A stretch of DNA of 64,000 bases from Euglena gracilis (taxonomy: Eukaryota), in contig CP154954.1 in assembly GCA_039621445.1 (NCBI GenBank), positions 43,751,847 to 43,815,846 on the forward strand, read 5' to 3'. The notes beneath the pieces were generated by a model. It had not been told where the DNA came from and ran no database searches. It saw nothing but the letters and a program-made list of their open reading frames with translations. This document shows positions 28,773 through 59,831 of the stretch, piece by piece. Both the position numbers and the translations under genes were made by a program. Position 1 is the stretch's first letter. The number at the start of each line of letters is the position of its first letter.

Positions 28773-29010
28773 TGGATGGCACTCTGCACAGGTAGGAAAA
28801 CGGCAGGAAACAATCCCAACTGACTGCAGAGTCGCGTCGTTTGGTCGTTCACCCAGCACGGCAACCCCCGCATATGCCATGCATATGTCACACCCCAGTG
28901 CCACTCCCTCCTGGCCGCCTCCATTTCCCTCCGCTTTGGCCTCTGGCCCTTTGCCACACGCGCTGCGGTCCGCCCAGCAGGTCCGCTGCGGTCGTTTGGG
29001 GCGTGGTGGG

Positions 29011-29096
<86 letters not shown>

Positions 29097-30387
29097 CAGT
29101 CCTTCAGGGCAGACAGCCTCCAGTCTCTCCTTGTTGTCGACGATGGGTCATGCGTATGTGTGTGCGTGTGTTTTGTGTGTGAGTGTGTGTGTGTGTGTGG
29201 ATGTGTCTACGTGGGTGGGTGGGTGAGTGTGTGTGCGCTATCTCCCCCCCCCCCTCAGCATCCCCCTCCCTATTGCCGGACCCTGGCCTTGGTCACCAGG
29301 ATGGGTTTGTGAGCTGCTTGGTCTGCTCCGGCTCTGTGTTCCCCCTGACCGACTCCCCTCCTACGACAGCCAGGTGACCCACTCCGCCAGGTGCAGTGCT
29401 GGACCACAAGTGGGAGCAAGGGAAGAACGTGGCAAACTTGGCATGCGCACGTTCCTGACGTATCCCGATCCCCCGCTTTTTGGTCTTGCCCAGCCTTAAA
29501 AATATGAACGGTTGGCCAATATTTTTAGCCCCATGAATAATGTGGTCTTTTGTGGTCTTTTGCTATGGAGCAACCCCACCCGAAGCCCAGCTGCCATGTT
29601 CGTCTCATATTACATGTCCTCATGAACAAACTCAAGTTAAGTTTGAGCACCTGAGTCCTTCACACCCGTGGTGCCGGCGTCCATCTTTGGGCCTATGCAT
29701 TTACCAATATCTCTGCAGGGGTTTGGCACTTTGTGCAACGAAGGACGTAGCAAGCAACCCAACCTGAATGACAATCCCAAACATGCAAGCTGCGGACCGC
29801 CCTCACCAGGACAGACGCCATAAATACCATGCAATATATGTTTGTATTTATGCATGCATGCATGCATGCATGCATGTATGTGGCAGCCTCCAACTAAACA
29901 GCCCGCAGGTCGTTTAGTTGGAAGGGGGAGGGGTCGTATGGTGGGACCTGGGTCCGACCAGTGGAGAAATTTGGGGTTATTGATTGGGATGGGGAAAGGG
30001 TTACGGTCGGCAGGCCGTCGGGCACCCATTTTGGGGAAGTTAGGCCGCCATCTGGACGAATTCGGGCCGAATTTAGGCTGAATTCGGACATTTTTAGACA
30101 AAAACGTGTCAAAAAACTTCCGAAAGGGGGACCTAACTTCCGGCCTCACTTGGCCCCAAAGTTGGCCGATTCTCGGCCTGATCCTAACCCTAACCCTATT
30201 CCGAAAATTCAGCGGGAATCCTCTCCAAATCCGTCGCCGGTGGCCCGGAAACCACGCATTTCCTTGGCGGGCCCGAAAAGTCGAAAGGTGGGACCCAGGT
30301 CCCACCATACGAAACCCCCCCCCCGATGCAACTATCCGACCCGCGGGCCGCATCGTTGGAGGCTGCCATGTCTGTCTGTCTGTCTGT

Positions 30388-30428
<41 letters not shown>

Positions 30429-30528
30429 TGTCTGCCTGCATGTGCCTGGCTGCCTGCATATGCCTGGCTGCCTGCATGTCCCTGTCTGCCTGCCTGCCTG
30501 TCTGTGTGTCTGTCTGTCTGTCTGTCTG

Positions 30529-30595
<67 letters not shown>

Positions 30596-30617
30596 ATGTG
30601 TGTATGTGTGTATGTAC

Positions 30618-31205
30618 CTCCCCCCCCCCTTGTCCAACGACCGGCCTTGTCCAACGACCCCCCCGGTCAGTAGCGATCTTTTTCCAGGTGATCTTTTTTC
30701 CAGACGCTAGCGTTTGCAATTTTCACAAGTTTCCACTAGTATCCCATGTATAGTTTATTTCCATTCTTTTTTTGCCTGTTTTTCATGCAAATCAGCAACT
30801 TTTGGCTTTTTTTGGGCCACGTTTTTGGCCATTTTCGACCACTTTTGGCCATTTTCGGCCACTTTTGGCCACTCTGGGCTGCATTTGGCAATTTAAATCA
30901 CTTTTGGCTGCTTTGAATGCATTTTTGCTTCATTTATGCCAGTTTTTGGCTGCTTCTGGCTATTTTTTTTTGCACATTTGAGGCCATTTTAAGCCATTTC
31001 TGACTGCCTTATCCACGTTTTGCCCCCTTTTGACCACCTTTGGCCATTTTTTTCACCTTTTGTTCACCTTGGCACGAAGCGAGAGAAAAAAATTTGACCC
31101 CGGCCTTGTCTAACGACCCCCCCGGTCAGTAGCGATATTTGATCAAAATAGCGACCCCCCGCAGGTCAGCAGCGATATTTAGTGATCGTTGGACAAGGTG
31201 GGGGG
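30618..31205. mobile_element. TA-flanked MITE family with TGTCCAACGACC subterminal motif
   Basis: TA|CCTCCCCCCCCCTTGTCCAACGA ... TCGTTGGACAAGGTGGGGGG|TA. Related copies at about 20453-21122, 45125-45534 and 49662-51087. Confidence 0.75.
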
Positions 31206-31361
31206 TATGCATGCATGTATGTATGTATGTATGTATGCATGTATGTATGTATGTATGTATGTATGTATGTATGTATGTATGTATGTATGTATGTATGTAT
31301 GTATGTATGTATGTATGTATGTATGTATGTATGTATGTATGTATGTATGTATGTATGTATG

Positions 31362-31392
<31 letters not shown>

Positions 31393-31438
31393 TGTGTGTA
31401 TGTATGTATGTATGTATGTATGTATGTATGTATGTATG

Positions 31439-31469
<31 letters not shown>

Positions 31470-31727
31470 TGTGTGTATGTATGTATGTATGTATGTATGT
31501 ATGTATGTATGTATGTATGTATGTATGTATGTATGTATGTATGTATGTATGTATGTATGTATGTATGTATGTATGTATGTATGTATGTATGTATGTATGT
31601 ATGTATGTATGTATGTATGTATGTATGTATGTATGTATGTATGTATGTATGTATGTATGTATGTATGTATGTATGTATGTTTGTATGTATGTATGTATGT
31701 ATGTGTGTGTATGTGTATGTATGTATA
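31206..31727. repeat. (TATG)n microsatellite, about 520 bp
   Basis: Directly visible. Confidence 0.97.
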
Positions 31728-34602
31728 CGTCGCAGGCGGGCATGCGTAGCAGGGTGGTTGGTGTTACTGCTTACTGAAAGCACAGGGGTTTGGGTTAGGA
31801 CCGGCCAACTGGATTCTTTCCCCCCGCGTGAAACGCGCATCCGGCCTGCCTCGGCCGCGCGATTCCCAAAGTGGCAGATCGGCAGTAAAGCCCGCCGAAT
31901 GGTTGGGGAATTGAGCCCTCCTGGTCTTTGGAGTGACAGGAATAGGGCGGGTGCTAGGATTTGCGATGCAGGCATTGTTATCCGGCAGGGAGGCCGGATA
32001 CGCGTCTCACGTGCGGGGGTGGAAATCCGGCCAGCCGGTCTTAACCCTAACCCTTCAGCAATCAGTAACTCCAACCACCCAGTGGGGGGTGGTGAGCAGC
32101 AAGGGCCCCCCAGGGGGGCTTGCTACCCGCCTGCCATACAGACACACACACATATACATACACATATGTACATATATGTATGTATATGTACATATAGCAT
32201 GCAAGAGTGGGTTCTGCTGACCATGCACCTCCTCACAGGTGGACGGCACTCTGCACTCTGGTAGGAAAACGGCAGGAAACAATCCCAACTGACTGCAGAG
32301 CCGCGTCGCTCGGTCGTTCACCCAGCACAGCATATGCCACGCATATGTCACACCCCAGTGTCACTCCCTCCTGGCCGCCTCCGCTTCCCTCCCTTTGGCT
32401 GCAACCATGCCGCTTTGGCCTCTGGCCCTTTGCCACACGCGCTGCGGTCCGCCCAGCAACCTGGGCCCACCCCCTTTTCAGTCCCTCAGGACAGAGAGCC
32501 TCCAGTCTCTCCTTGTTGTCGACGATGGGTCGTGTGTGTGTGTGTGTGTTTTGTGTGTGTGTGTGTGTTTATGTGTCTACGTGTGTGTGTGTGTGTGTGT
32601 GTGTGTCTGTGTGTGGGTGTGGGTGTGGATGTGGGTGTGGTTGTGTGTGGGTGGGATGTGTGACCTAACAGCTGGCTTCACAGGCGGAACGCCTTGTCAA
32701 CCTTGTCCCATAATCCCTTGCCTGTGTCCACAGACCGTTTCAACAATTTCGCACCAGCCTGGAGTCCTCGCCAAGGTAACACGCGGCGTCTCCAGCCGTG
32801 GCCCCAGCCCGCGCCGTGCCCTGGCAGCAACAGGACCGCTGTCTTCCCACCTGTTATACAAGTTACAAGTTACATGTTATATCCTTCCTGGCCACCTCTG
32901 GCCACCGACGTTTGTCTTGCTTTCTTGCTTGCTTAGCCTCCTCCCTCTGTCCCCAGGACGTCCGGTGTGGGCACCACTGTGGGGGGTCTGTTCCTCTCCC
33001 CCAGGCACCGGTGTGTGCCGCAGGTTGGGTGGGGGGGGGCACTTCCTCGACCCATGTGGGGCCCGCCTCCATTGCACAACACACAGCCCACAGCCCACAG
33101 CCCACAGTCCCAGTCACGGCGCTACCGCCATTGCGGGGCCGTAGACATGACCAGGCCAAGCTGGTACCCCTGCCTGCTGCTGGAAACCGTGTGATGTTTT
33201 GTTTGAAAATGTCTGCCTCTGGTTCTGGATGGAATTTGTTGCACCCCCAGGGGGATGAAGTGCATCTAAAGGGATGAAGGCCTGACCCCAGCCGTCCATT
33301 TTGAGAATCAACCCAGCCCGCCCACCCACCCCAAGAGGCCAGGCATCCCCAGGGTTTGAGTGGTCTTCATTGTTGGCTGCTTGTCAAAAAGAAATGGATA
33401 TTTTGAAGTTCTGGACTTATTCCCAGCACTGTTCCTTTTCTTCGCTGCCATTGTTGTGCGATGTGCAACTGCGGAGAAAGGATGGAGGTGCGGACCTCCT
33501 CGCCCCGTCCGGATGCACCGATCTGGTCCGGGCGCTGGCAGCGGGGTGCAGGGCTGGCCTGCATCCGTAGCCGGCGCTGTGTGGCCCTCCCTTCCCGGCA
33601 GGGTGTTTTTCCCCTCCTGCGGCGACATCCCGTGCCACCCGTGCCCCAGCCAGAGTTGGACGAGAAACCGAGAAACCCCATGCGGGGTAGGCATCCCCCC
33701 CGCCCTCATCCTGTCATCGTGGTTGGTGGGACCCCCCCCCGGGTGGGTGGGTGGGTGGGTGGGTGGGACCCCCCCCTTTTTTCCCCAGGGGCACCAATTT
33801 CCATATCAAACTTTTTTCCTTCAAAGCTTTCGGCGCCAAAGGAAAGTTCGCTTGCACTGTTTTGGATGGTGGTGGGGGGTCCGACACCAAATCTTCCCGT
33901 CCAGCCCTGTCCCTAGCCCCTCTTTCCATCGGCTCCCTTCACCAGAGGGAGGAAAAGGAAAGTCAGAGGGGCAGGGAGGGGGACAGTGAACAGTTCTGCT
34001 CTACGGTGTAGTGTGCAGCTGCGCATGGATGTCCGTCGCATTCTTCCTTGCTCTGCCGCTTCCGTGAAGATCCGTGAAGATTACTGTAAGTGGCTGCGGG
34101 TATTTTCTGGTTGGCATTGTAGGTGTTGAAGACAGTGGGATTTGACTGTGCTATACCTCTGTGCGACAATTTTCTGCTTCAATTTTGAGGGGGCCATTCC
34201 CCTTTGTTTCTGCCTCGTTTCCACAGCACCCAGCCGGAGAGTCAGCCTGGAAATCCAGCATTCTCAGAGTGAAACACTCCCAGGAATGCAGAAGCCGGCA
34301 AATGAGTGTAACCATTGCTGAGTCCTCAGCAAGTCTCTGTGCCTCCCAGTCCCTGGGGTGTGTGTGTGTGCTTTTGAACCACTTTGGCCCTGCCTCTCCA
34401 CGTTCTGGGAAGCAGAGAGATTTGGCTCTGGGGAGCCGCACATAACAGAAATGCAACACCGTCAGTTTTGCATCCTGTGCTACGCTGTTGCCTGGGAGCC
34501 AGTTCAAAACCCTCCCTCCCCACCCCTCATCCATTCCGCCTTCCTGTTCTCAGATATCGACGTTAAACCCGGCTTCGTTTGGGCCGCCCTCCGCCGTGCA
34601 CA

Positions 34603-51481
<16,879 letters not shown>

Positions 51482-53799
51482 CTGGCTGGCCCCGTCCCAC
51501 ACACCCCCTGCGCTCCATCATTGCACCTTGTCCTCCCCCGTCTGGCGTGTTCCTGTTGTACCCCCGCCTCCCCTGTCTTCTGCCCCCCCTTCCGCAATGC
51601 ACTTCCCGAACCAATCCCGCGCCACGCCCCTTGCCACGGCCCCGCTGGGGGATGCGCAGGCGCTTCGGCCCTCGACGCGTCCCCCTGGTGGGTGGACCGT
51701 CCAAGTGACACCGGAGCCGGCCTCAGTGGCCCCGCCGTCCCCTTTCCCTTCCCTGCCCCCCCACCGCCCCCCTCTCCTTGCTGTACAGGCCGAACAAATG
51801 CCTCGCCCCTATTTTGGTTCTGCCACAGAACCAGCGATCCGAACCCACGCTGGCAGCAATGGCCTCCATTGGCCTTCTCTCCAGGACTTCTCTTGTCTCT
51901 TCTCTGTCCCTCTTGATTCCCCATATAGGCCACCATGGCCTGTTTTTGGCATTGGCTTGCTGCCCCTGGGGGTTTTGTGTCTGAAATTCCTGGGGGGAAA
52001 GTTGGACATACCTTTCCCCAATTCTTTGAGGTTCTCCTTAGCTTTCAGATTCATTCTTCATGGAAGTCCAGTTATTGATCTTATCTTAGTATTTGCAATG
52101 CTTCTGGAAATAATTCCAGTTGAACTCGAAGAGCTGAATTCTTCCTCCAGGAAGTTGAAGGTCCGAAAAAAAAAGTTCGCTCCACCAGTTGATAAAGTGA
52201 TTGTAGTTCGTGAACGTAGTACTCCTCGTAAATAATTTCGCTTGCACTCGTTGAAGTAAAATTCTTTCTCCTTGAGGTCGAAGGGCAGAATTAGGAATCA
52301 GCCGACACCTCGGGCTCCGCACTTTGCCCTTGTGAGGCCATGCCTTGCTCGCCGGCAGTGTTGTTTGGATTGTTTGGGTGCGCTGGGTTAGGAGGTCCCG
52401 CTTAGTGCCTTTTTTCGCCGGAGTTGGCTGACTCCTAATTTGCCCTTCGCAATTGAGAAAAGAAGAAGACAATCAATCTATTCAATTTATCCAGAAAGTC
52501 ACGCTCGTGAAGAACTTCAAATCAAAAGTTGTTGACTTTTTCGAAAGAATTCAATGAAAGATGCAACTTCAAAGAAGCACAGCGCTGGAGAACTTCAAGA
52601 GGGAGCAGCAGCAGCAGCTGGACAACCTGACGACGCGGGTCAACTGTGGCGAACCGTGGCTGCCCCTTCCCCAAAAGAAATTTCCCCCACAGAAATTTAC
52701 AGAACCCAAGCCCCCCAGACCATTCGGGCTCCGCACTGCGAGATGGTGAGGTCCTGCTTTCCTTGCCGGCAACAAAAGAAAGCAGGACCTCACCATCTTC
52801 TTGTGCTTCGCCCTCTTGGTCCCTTCCTCCCCCTTCCTCTGTCTTGGGAGTCCGAAAGCGATGGCCACGGACCCTGGCAGACAGTGGTCAGAAGACCCCG
52901 AAAGGGGCAGAAGCAACAACCAGCAGGCCACTACGGCCATTGGCGCCAGGGCCATTGGGGCCAACATTATGCCAGTTACACCAATCCCTTGTTCAAGCTG
53001 GGCCATGGCGGCCAGAACAGCAAACTGGGCCATGGCGGCCACAACAGCAATGGCCATGGCGGCCGATGGAAGGCCAGGGTGGCCAACAATACCAAGGCCA
53101 GGGTGGCCGATTCCACAAACAGATGCCCAGTGGCAGGGGCAGGACAGGTCCACAACCCCCCCAACCATTTATTCATCACAAACCCAATCAGGGGAAAAGG
53201 ATTGGCCCCCAGAGGCCTCCCAAGATTTTCAATGGGCATGGCGCCCAAGATCAAAGAGAAGTCAATGGGGACATCAAGAAGGCCAGCGGGGCCAGAATTA
53301 TCATCAAGGCCACTGGGGCCATTGTCATTCTTATCAAGGCCATTGGGCCCAACACCATCCTCAACAACGACAAATTCAAGGCCACTGGGGCCATCAATTA
53401 TCAGAAGGGGAGAACCCCCAGAAGCTAAAAGGCTGTCCCCCAGCAGGGGGTTTCAATGTACGGTGGCAGCCCCAGGAGGATGCTCCCACAGGGGCAGTGG
53501 AGGACAAGGGGGCAACCCCCCCCTCAAAATTCTTTGTCAATGCCCATGGCAGGGGCAAACCAAAACAAGGGGGAGACCCAAAATGGGGCCCCTATGGTAT
53601 GTCAATCGGCAACGCCAATGACGAAGTGGAGGATCAGAGAGTCTGTGAGCAGAGCATGCACACCCCCCAGCCACCTTCAGAGAATACTCAATCCCTAGTG
53701 GCACCAGGGGTGCGATGTCCAACACCCCCCACCCAGCACCCAGAAAATCATCTAGTTGGGAAAATACACTCCATGGAGGAAAAATGGGGAGACACCCCC

Positions 53800-55700
53800 C
53801 TGTACCAAAGACTTCAGAAAAGTCTAAAATGGTGGACAAAAAATACCCCCCAGCAACATGTCAATTGATAGAAAATGGAATTCAACCCCCCTGGGTGAAT
53901 CCCCCAAAATTGTCCACCCACCCAAAACCCAGAGCCAACCTAGACCTGAACCAGGCAGAAAAAATCCTGTTGGATTACGAAAAAACTGGGGCAGTGAAAC
54001 GAGTTTGGGACTCAAAAACCCAGCATTTGATCCCATGGTTTTTAATTTCAAAACCAGAAGGGGGAACAACCAAGTGGAGAATGATCAGCGACTGCAGAGA
54101 AATAAATCAGCAGTTTCAAGTAAAACCTTTCAAGCTGGATCATATCCAGCACATTTTTCCAGTTTTGGAAAAAGGCCACTGGGCAGCAAAAATAGACCTA
54201 AAGGATGCCTATTTTCATATTCCATTACGTCCAGGCGTAAGGCCATTTTTAAGGCATCAGGTGGGGGGCAGACCTGGGAATTTCAAACAGGCTGCTTTGG
54301 GCTAAATGTAATGCCCCAAATTTCATGTCAGTGACGAAAACGTTCGAAAAGCTGTGGAGAAAAAGAGGCATCCAGGTGTTTATTTACCTGGACGACATTT
54401 TGCTGGTGGCCCCCACCCAAAGCACATTTGCAAAATCACCTGAACAGAGTTGTCAAAGATTTGCTGTATTCTGGGTTCAAAATCAATGTAAAAAGTCCAC
54501 TCTCCAGCCCACACAAGTGGTAACCCATCTGGGTTTTCAACTGAACTACCAGGAAGGAAAGCTACAGGTGCCACCCCTGAAAGTCAAAACCATAAAAAAG
54601 GAGCTGGGAAAAATCGTGAAAAAAGATTACATGCCAAAAAGGCAGTTGGCTGCCATTTTGGGCCAAATAAGATGCAACCTAATGGCCCTGCCCTTTTTAA
54701 GGGCTTTTACAGACACCCTGGCAATTTTTTTCGTGGCAAAGTCCACAGCCCCTTGGGACTCAAAACACCCCATTTTCCAGGAAATCAAAGCCCAATCAAG
54801 GGAAATAAAAATTCTCCTGGACACCTGGGGGGGCAGACCCTTCCCCCAAAATGCAACCAGAATGTTGCACTCAGACAGCAGCACCCATTCCTGGGGGGGG
54901 CTAGACATCCACACAGGAGAAATTGTGCAGGAATTTTGGAGAAAAGACTCCATTTTGCACATCAATGTAAAGGAGCTCAGTGCAGCAATCAGCACTGTGA
55001 AAAGTTTGAGCAAACCTGGGGAAACCGTTTCCTTTTCAGTGGACAACCAGGTAATTTACTTTTACCTAACAAAAGGTGGGGGCAGAAAGGACCCCTTCAA
55101 CAAATGCTAAGACCATTTTTCAAGTGGTGCATGGAGCACCAAGTAAACCTCCAAGTCAACTGGGTGCCTTCAAAGGAATGCCTAGCAGACCCCATCAGCA
55201 GGTGGGAAATGGACAGGGGGGATTATTCTTTAGACCCCCAACTTTTTCAATGGCTCAGACAGCAGTTCAAAGATTTCATAAATCTGGAAACAGATTTATT
55301 TGCCTCACCAGGCAACAAAAAACTGCCCAAATTTGTTGCCAGGTGGCCCCATTGGGAATCTACAGCGGTAAATGCATTACAATGTCCACTGGACAACATG
55401 GGGGATCTTTATGCAAACCCCCCAGTTCAATAATTCAAAAATTTTTACCAGGTTGAAAATGTATCCCCAGACCAAAGTTTTGATGGTCACCCCCTACTGG
55501 GATTCAGCCACACGGTGGCCCCAATTAATAAAAATGAAAGTATCAGGGACCCCCTGCCTGAAAATCACCCCCTACAGGGGTATGTTCACCAATTGCAGGG
55601 GGGAACAAATGCCACCCCCCAGGTGGCCCCTGCTTTGCATGATTTGCTCAGGCAAATTTTGGAGGGGAAACAAATTCAGTTTAAAACCATTGAAGATTTC
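53800..55700 (+). pseudogene. DIRS pol: reverse transcriptase, RNase H, methyltransferase-like domain
   Basis: Motifs are split across ORFs 53715-54305, 53858-54334, 54325-55110, 54672-55433 and 55372-55722, i.e. at least four frame changes. Confidence 0.85.
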
Positions 55701-56160
55701 CTGGGGAAAAACCCCAGTTTAAAGGGTTATCAGAGTGCTTTTGCACTTCTGTGGGTAATTTTGGAAGAAATGGGGGTGCCCCCCCCTGAATCCACCACTG
55801 GCCAAGTGGCTGACGCTTTAATACAATTATTCCAATTTTCCAAGGCCCAAGCCCGTAATGCCTATGGTGCAATGCTTTTGCTTCCTGGGTTTGGTGGGCT
55901 GAGATTCCACACTCTGTTAACCCCCTACAAGAGGCTTTGTAACCAAAAACTTGGAGAAGTATGGGGCATTTTGGGATCCCCTCCCAATCCTCCTGGGGCT
56001 GGCAAAGGCGCACTGATGCCCACTGATATTTGTACATTGCGAACACAACTGATTTTTCGTTCACGCATCCTCTGTTTATACCGATCCTCAGATTTGGCAC
56101 AAGTCAAACGAACCACCAGTGTGTTGGGTAGGGCACCCTACATCAAGATTAAGCGTAATG
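55600..56160 (+). pseudogene. Tyrosine recombinase N-terminal part (truncated)
   Basis: YQSAFALLW helical region, then RILCLYRSSDLAQV...YIKIKR (first catalytic Arg box). The HxxR and Tyr boxes are missing. Confidence 0.65.
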
Positions 56161-59100
56161 AAAACCATTTCTTGGTTCGAAGTTTTTGCGAATCCTTCGG
56201 CCTCGGCTGTTTTTTGAGGCGGCCGCCGGGCTTCGAAGCCTAACTTTTCAATCTTTTTCTTTTTGTCTTTGGGCTTTTTCCCTTGATCATTGAAATCCAT
56301 TTATTCTTCAAATCATTGTTCTTGCATGCACAATCAATTGATTTTTTTTGTAGTTTTGTATCAGTGCATTGGTTGGGTAAAGAACCCTGTGTGTGAGATT
56401 GGTTTGAAATTTATGGGCTCGAGTGGGGACTTTCTTAGGTTAATTAGGGAAAATTGGCAAATCCTAGTGTGGAAAATAGGTCGGCCGGTCTTCAAAATTT
56501 CAAAGAATCGACCCAGCAAGGTCAAAAATTGAGTTCAGGCTTTCAAGCCGAACCATAATAATCTTTTCCCTGGGTTAAATTCGACTGAAAACCAAAAAGT
56601 GGTATTTCAGTGACTTTCGGCCCCACTCAGGCAAATTTTGGCCAATTTTTGGGTTAGGACCCCTTTACGCTCCCCCACTTAGAAAAATATCGGGGAGATT
56701 TTAAAAAACGTAAGTAAAAAAGAAGGGGTCCGCACAAAAGAAACAATTTGGTTTGCGAAAAAAAGGGGTATGTGTGCGGTTGGTAAGAGCAACGAGGGGG
56801 GGGGGCAGCCCAAAGCGCCACGCCTTACCCCATGCGAGTGATGGTGGGGGGGGGGCAGCCCAACGGGCCACACCGCACCCCGGGGGGAGATGGTGCAACG
56901 GTGCAACAGGTTGGTGCGGAAAATCGGTGTGGGGCAACGGTGCGTGGGCAACGGTGCGGCGCTACTCAGCTGCGTACGCCGCCGCCGCAACCGCCGCCTC
57001 CCACTCGAGGTGGTTGCCACGGTACCGCGTATGCGTGAGTCGTGTGTTCACAATCACAATGTGGTATGCGGTTTTTGTCCACACACCACACAACACTCAT
57101 GCTTAGAATGACACTTTGCGCGCACCCAAGGCGGGTCGGGTTGCAACTACGAAAGTTGCACGCCGAGCCACAATGGGGCCGAGGCATGGTTTCGCGTTTC
57201 CAACCCTTGAGAACCGTTTTTTTTCTTGACCAACCGTCATTCAAGAAATCTGGGGGTTTGATAAGCTAGCTTTCCATCCGGGATTCTTTCTCTTGAGGAT
57301 CAAAATACTTCTATTTTGTTGGTTGGGATCCCTTTTTTGTTGTGGGGGTTTTGCTTAGTCCCTTTTTAAGGAGCAAATTACCCTCTTTTTTTGATACGCT
57401 GCAGCTTTTTTATTGGGAGGATTGTTGAATTTTGTGATCTGTTGCTTGTCGCGACCAAACACCAAAAATAAGAATCAACGAAAACAACCCCGCAAACCGC
57501 GGGATTGGTTCCCCGCAATGACAATTCATCACTTTTCCCACAACCGTAACGGGAATGTGACTTACGGCCGTTTTTGTGGGGGGGTCACATCAACCTGTGC
57601 CCTCCCGGGCCGTCTCTCAAATCTTGGCCCAAATTTCCACCTCTTAGAGGAAAAATGCGCTTGGAAAATCTGTCCACCTTTTGCTTTTCATAAAGCAAAT
57701 CCAAATCTGTGAAATTCTCACCTCCTTGCCATTCCAAAAATTGTTCCTCCGAAACCAGAATTTCTTGGGGGGTACCTACGGGAGCCTCACCGACGAAATC
57801 GTCGGCCATGTTCCATGCCTGGGCAAGTTTCTTTCCAAAAATTCTCTGAAAATTCTGCACACCGTCCTTTACGTGGGGGTTGGGCTCCACCTCCTCTCCG
57901 TAAATAACACCTTTAAATTCCCTGAAATTATGTCGGTATAACACATCGACTTTTCGTTGGAACGCCCCCCACTCACTCGCCTCCGAATGAGTGGGGCTCA
58001 TCCCCATTTTGTTCCTTCCAACGTTATTCCTTTGTTCCACACAACACAACCCGAATGAATGAATAAGTTCCACCTCCCACACTTGCCCAATAAAAACGTC
58101 AGATTTTTTGCCTTGGGTAAAATCGGCAGACTCAAAATTTTCATTGGTCGACGCTTTTTTCCTGAAAAAACTGCACACGTGCAGTTTTTTGCAGTTTTTT
58201 TTTTTGATTTCAGCTTTGAGGAAACCTGAGGTGCTCATTTTTTGGTGCTCTGCGCCTTGTTACATTGGATTATATTGTTTGAAGGGAGTTTCTCAAGTAA
58301 AAGTATCTCTCAAAAAATCTCTTCATGAGTTGTGTTGTCTACAGTAATCCCACCAGTTGTCTTGCCCCCCACTGTTTTGCCAACTGTCTTGCCTCTCGAC
58401 ACAATAGAAATTGTTGTAGCCACCATTCCAAAAAACAGATTGTTTCGGTGACAACGCCACAATTTCTCCCCAACCAAAATCGCTCCATCTCCAACTTGTG
58501 CATGTGGTGACAGATGTCACGATGCATATTTTGGCAATCGTCATTTGCACACTCCTGAGCAGATTCAACGAATTGTTTTGGGATTCGGGGACTAAATCCA
58601 AAAACTGTTTGTTTGTGCAAATTTTGGTTGAAGTTGGAGTTTGCGAGATTCGTGGAGACGCAAAGGAGCACGAGCTCCTGTAGAAGATTGGGCCTTTTCC
58701 CAAGCATTTTGGCCAAATATCACACAAGCCAAATGCTTCAAAGAAGTCATTCTTATTTGCAAGAAAATCCCAGACCATTTGGCAATCCCCTAAAAACAGT
58801 ATTCAAAGTTTGTGATGGTTGTTGTATTTTTTTTAGTTTTGTAGATTTTTTGCATCGTGACATGGGTGAAGTTCACCAGGTGATGGACCGAAAGTTCCAA
58901 AACTGAACATGTGCATGTGCATGTGCATGTGCATTTTTTCCATATTTAGCTGTTTGGCACCTCCGTGGGCATGGCCGTCACAAGCTTTGGTGCAGGAAAA
59001 CCAGTGTGAACCAGCATCCAAACCAAACACATGACTTGTGTTTCAGTGCATGAAAACCCATGTACAGTGTACCTTGATTGATTGCTTTCATTTTTATTGT

Positions 59101-59399
59101 CATCAGCTCCAAAGCTGTGCAAAATTTAGGTGAATTGAGGCGTGCTCATGTGGTCACAATTTACGTTGTTTTGCATATGGACACCATTTCAGCTTGTATA
59201 TTGTTATTTTTTTTGTTGATGTGCAGTTTTTTGCAGTTTTTTGCAGTTTTTTGCAGTTTTTTGCAGTGCAGTTTTTGACCTGCCCGTGTGCAGTTTTTGC
59301 CCCCCCCTGAAGAGGAGATCCAAGAAAGCATCAAGCAAGAAACAAACAAGCACAGTATGAAACAGATCAAGATACAGTGCCGCGGACACTTTGACACTT

Positions 59400-59831
59400 C
59401 TTGAGTCCTCCAGACCACCAACAGTGTCCCTTCATCCAAATATATAACGTCCTCGTACCATGACTACCTGAACTATCTTCTATGTTCACTCACAACAGTT
59501 AGCTGAATTCGCGGCTTTTGACGCCGCTACACGTCTTGCTGCTCGCTTGGGTTGGAATGCTCTGACATATGTGGGGGACAACATGGGCACTTGTTGGCTG
59601 GCCCCACACCTGAGGCCCGCACTTTCTAACAAACCACTCTCGGACATGGCGCGCAAGATCTTAAACCGGTGCTTGTGGTCTCGATTACAGGTACACGTGA
59701 TTCAATGCCCCACACACATACAGCCCGCCTACCCCCCGTCTCGAACCATCCCCACTTCCATCGCTCAAGTAATCCAGGCCGTCGCTGCCGCGCATGACCT
59801 GTGGGACAAACTATGCCACCAACCGAACTAG
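59400..59831 (+). mobile_element. Degenerate DIRS/Ngaro-type RNase H fragment from a different element
   Basis: QQLAEFAA...YVGDNMG...LSDMARKILNRCLW...VHVIQCPTHIQPAYPPSR follows the RNase H pattern E...DN...PxxxxxADxxSR. Confidence 0.5.

Larger units (their letters stand above)
23060..29220 (+). repeat. Tandem segmental duplication unit (repeated from about 29230 onward)
   Basis: 23110-23625 matches 29300-29820; 23860-24245 matches 31730-32100; 26398-26425 + 27438-27460 matches 32098-32140; 28005-29160 (minus an insertion) matches 32200-32540. Confidence 0.8.
52500..56160 (+). mobile_element. DIRS-like tyrosine-recombinase retrotransposon, frameshifted and 3'-truncated
   Basis: Order: low-complexity ORF1 (52554-53621); RT (KWRMISDCREIN, KIDLKDAYFHIPL, CFGL, YLDDILL); RNase H (SDSS...WGG, HINVKEL, VDNQ, WVPS...ADPISR); MT domain (DLFAS...YANPP...PYW); then YR start (LYRSSDL). 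Element ends not identified. Confidence 0.88.

Noticed and set aside
29013-29097. Poly-T tract as a retroposon tail
   Set aside because: No TSD or element body identified; may be simple expansion or a sequencing artefact.
57585-58238. 217-aa minus-strand ORF
   Set aside because: Starts inside a dispersed repeat and has no motif I can identify; left uncalled.
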